Shown: positions 62,204 to 64,000 of the stretch, piece after piece | Numbering within the stretch: the stretch's first letter is position 1 | How the letters are laid out: each line of letters opens with the position of its first letter | The notes under the pieces: generated by a model | Database searches by the model: none | The model's input: the letters and a program-made list of their open reading frames with translations, nothing else | Told to the model about the DNA's origin: nothing | Made by a program: the position numbers and the translations under genes | From: Barthelona sp. PCE | Taxonomy: Eukaryota | NCBI GenBank assembly: GCA_040285745.1 | Contig: JAUFOR010000002.1 | Location: 1,116,001-1,180,000 of the forward strand | Direction of reading: 5' to 3' | Length of the DNA: 64,000 nucleotides

Positions 62204-64000
62204 CTAATAGGAACCCATCTGAGTTGGTAATTTAATATGCGAGAATCCACCATGCACATCAAAATTAACGTTTTGAATAACATCTAACATATTAATCCTT
62301 TTCTGAGTAATCTCATATTTGCAAAAGTCTTCATCGAAGTACATTGAATCCACAACCATTTCGTACTGAGTAAGGTGATTGTGAATACGCAGAATCTCAC
62401 GGGGTCTTCCAGCGGTGAACCAGCAATTACTACTTTCAGCAACATTCCATTGCAAATCGCTTAAAAGCTTAACAACTTTGCCATCGATGAATCTAAACAG
62501 TTTGTCACCGATTATAAAACAACCATCATCTATAAATCTTGCCTTTAATTTAAAACTACGGTTGTGAACATTAATTCGAAACAAATTCATTTCATCTTCT
62601 GAAACATTACAGAAAAAGCACTCAGTTGATGGATACCCAACCATAATAACTCCTTGCGTCAGACGGAAACAATTTATATGAACGAGTGGGAAAGTATCAT
62701 ACCCAAAATACCGATTATGTTCCCATTCATCACCAAGAAAAAAAAATTTTATGAAATTGGAACCACATATCCATAGGTAATCTCCATATAGGCTCATTTT
62801 ATATGAAAAACTATATGAACCATTCATATAATCTGCTTCATGAACTAATTCATCATTAATGTATGCATTCTCATTCAAGCCACAACAAGCAATATAGTTT
62901 GCATTTGATGTGATATGACCTGCATTGAGTGTTTGTTTTGATATGATGCTCAAAGGAACATTATTACAAAAAGTCTCACAACTATTTTCACCATCAATTG
63001 TTGTGTAGCTGATTATATTCTCATCAGTCATGTTAACCGCATGTAATATCTTTTCGTGCTGAGAATCTCCAACATGAAATAAATGAATTACGTCATCTAT
63101 GTCATGTAGATTGCAAATCATAATACTGCGAAATGACCGGAAATAAGGAAGTTTAAAAAGACTCTCCTGGAATGGAAAGCATTTTGCATTAGATGGTAAA
63201 GCAAACAAAACATCAGTTGCATCAAAAATACTGAACTCAAAAAAACTCCCATTAGTGTATATGTACAATTTACCATTAACATGCAATATGTGAATAATAT
63301 CAATTCCAGACACCTCATACCACACATCACCGTTCTCTTGATCAATACCTATACATTCTCCGAAAGCATCTACGAAGTACCGTCTACTACCTAATAAAAA
63401 AGTATCTGTGAACTTGCCACACTTTAATTCCCGATGATTTGGAACAATAATTGAAATGTTCTCGTGTGAAATTGATGAATCTTTAACTGAAATAGAATAA
63501 TTATTACCATCAATTGAAAAATGTCGTTGATGAGAATTAAAATCCAATACATTCATATTATCTTTAATAAAACCTTCAGGAACGTTCAATAACGGTTCAA
63601 ATTCAATTTCTCCATCATTATTCAACAATAGAACCTGACGATGATTATTTCTACTGTCAAAAAAAAAAACGTTTGAGTTAATATATATTCACAATTGAAA
63701 TTTTCAAATGTTTGAACTTGTTCAGTCTTTAGGCAGTATACTATAAATGGAAATATTGGTACAATTATATATAAATCTGAAACAAAATCAAGAGAATCTG
63801 AAACAGTAAACTTTTTTTGAGTGAACCGATGTTTTTTAACCAAAACCATACTGTCTTCACGCATTTCATAGTACTCAAACACAGGTATATCACTTACTTC
63901 TTCAAAAATAACGAAAAGATTATCTCTGTATGCACACCTCTTCATTATTACATTTTCTCGATCCAAGAGGAATGGTATTTCGGTTTTGTGGTCAAGAGAA
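62204..64000 (-). CDS. Member C of the beta-rich paralogue family; 5' end beyond the window; frameshifted at an A11 run
   Basis: The frame is open from the window edge to the A11 run at 63659-63669. Adding one base joins it to the 474-aa ORF (...TQTFFFFDSRNNHRQVLLLNNDG...). C-terminal KRINMLDVIQN. Confidence 0.65.

Noticed and set aside
1-64000. Functional clustering of ciliary/cytoskeletal genes (two kinesins, WDR90, DHC-like, BBIP1)
   Set aside because: They are interspersed with unrelated housekeeping genes on both strands, and such genes are abundant in flagellate genomes.
1-64000. Alternative genetic code, tRNA, rRNA or CRISPR array
   Set aside because: Conserved genes end at TAA or TAG at the expected positions and long ORFs are intact under the standard code. 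No cloverleaf, rRNA-like or repeat-spacer pattern was seen by eye.

Overview
Gene-dense, intron-poor eukaryotic DNA from a flagellated protist. The intron structure (GTATGC...ACTAAC-NNN-CAG), the CCTTTTC motif before start codons and the TAAA-type stops suggest a metamonad, but that taxonomy is inference. About 26 protein genes lie here: kinesin-3-like, ULK/Fused-like kinase, kinesin-7/CENP-E-like, SDF2, MAT1-like, a degenerate Arf-like GTPase, spliced RPB5, WDR90, a coiled-coil/WD40 protein, a ceramidase-like protein, an R2R3 Myb, RRP43-like, a TMPPE-like phosphoesterase, CDC73, BAF60-like, a TPT transporter, BBIP1, a divergent MCM, three apparent paralogues of an unrecognised family and several hypotheticals. 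Two features stand out. (1) A ~4.1 kb TIR-bounded DNA transposon (5167-9303) whose two ORFs join across one homopolymer frameshift into a ~1250-aa hAT-type transposase, about twice the usual size. (2) An intact 5248-aa dynein-heavy-chain-like ORF with degenerate ATP-binding motifs. No rRNA, tRNA or CRISPR array was recognised. All family calls come from motif recognition by eye; no searches were run.
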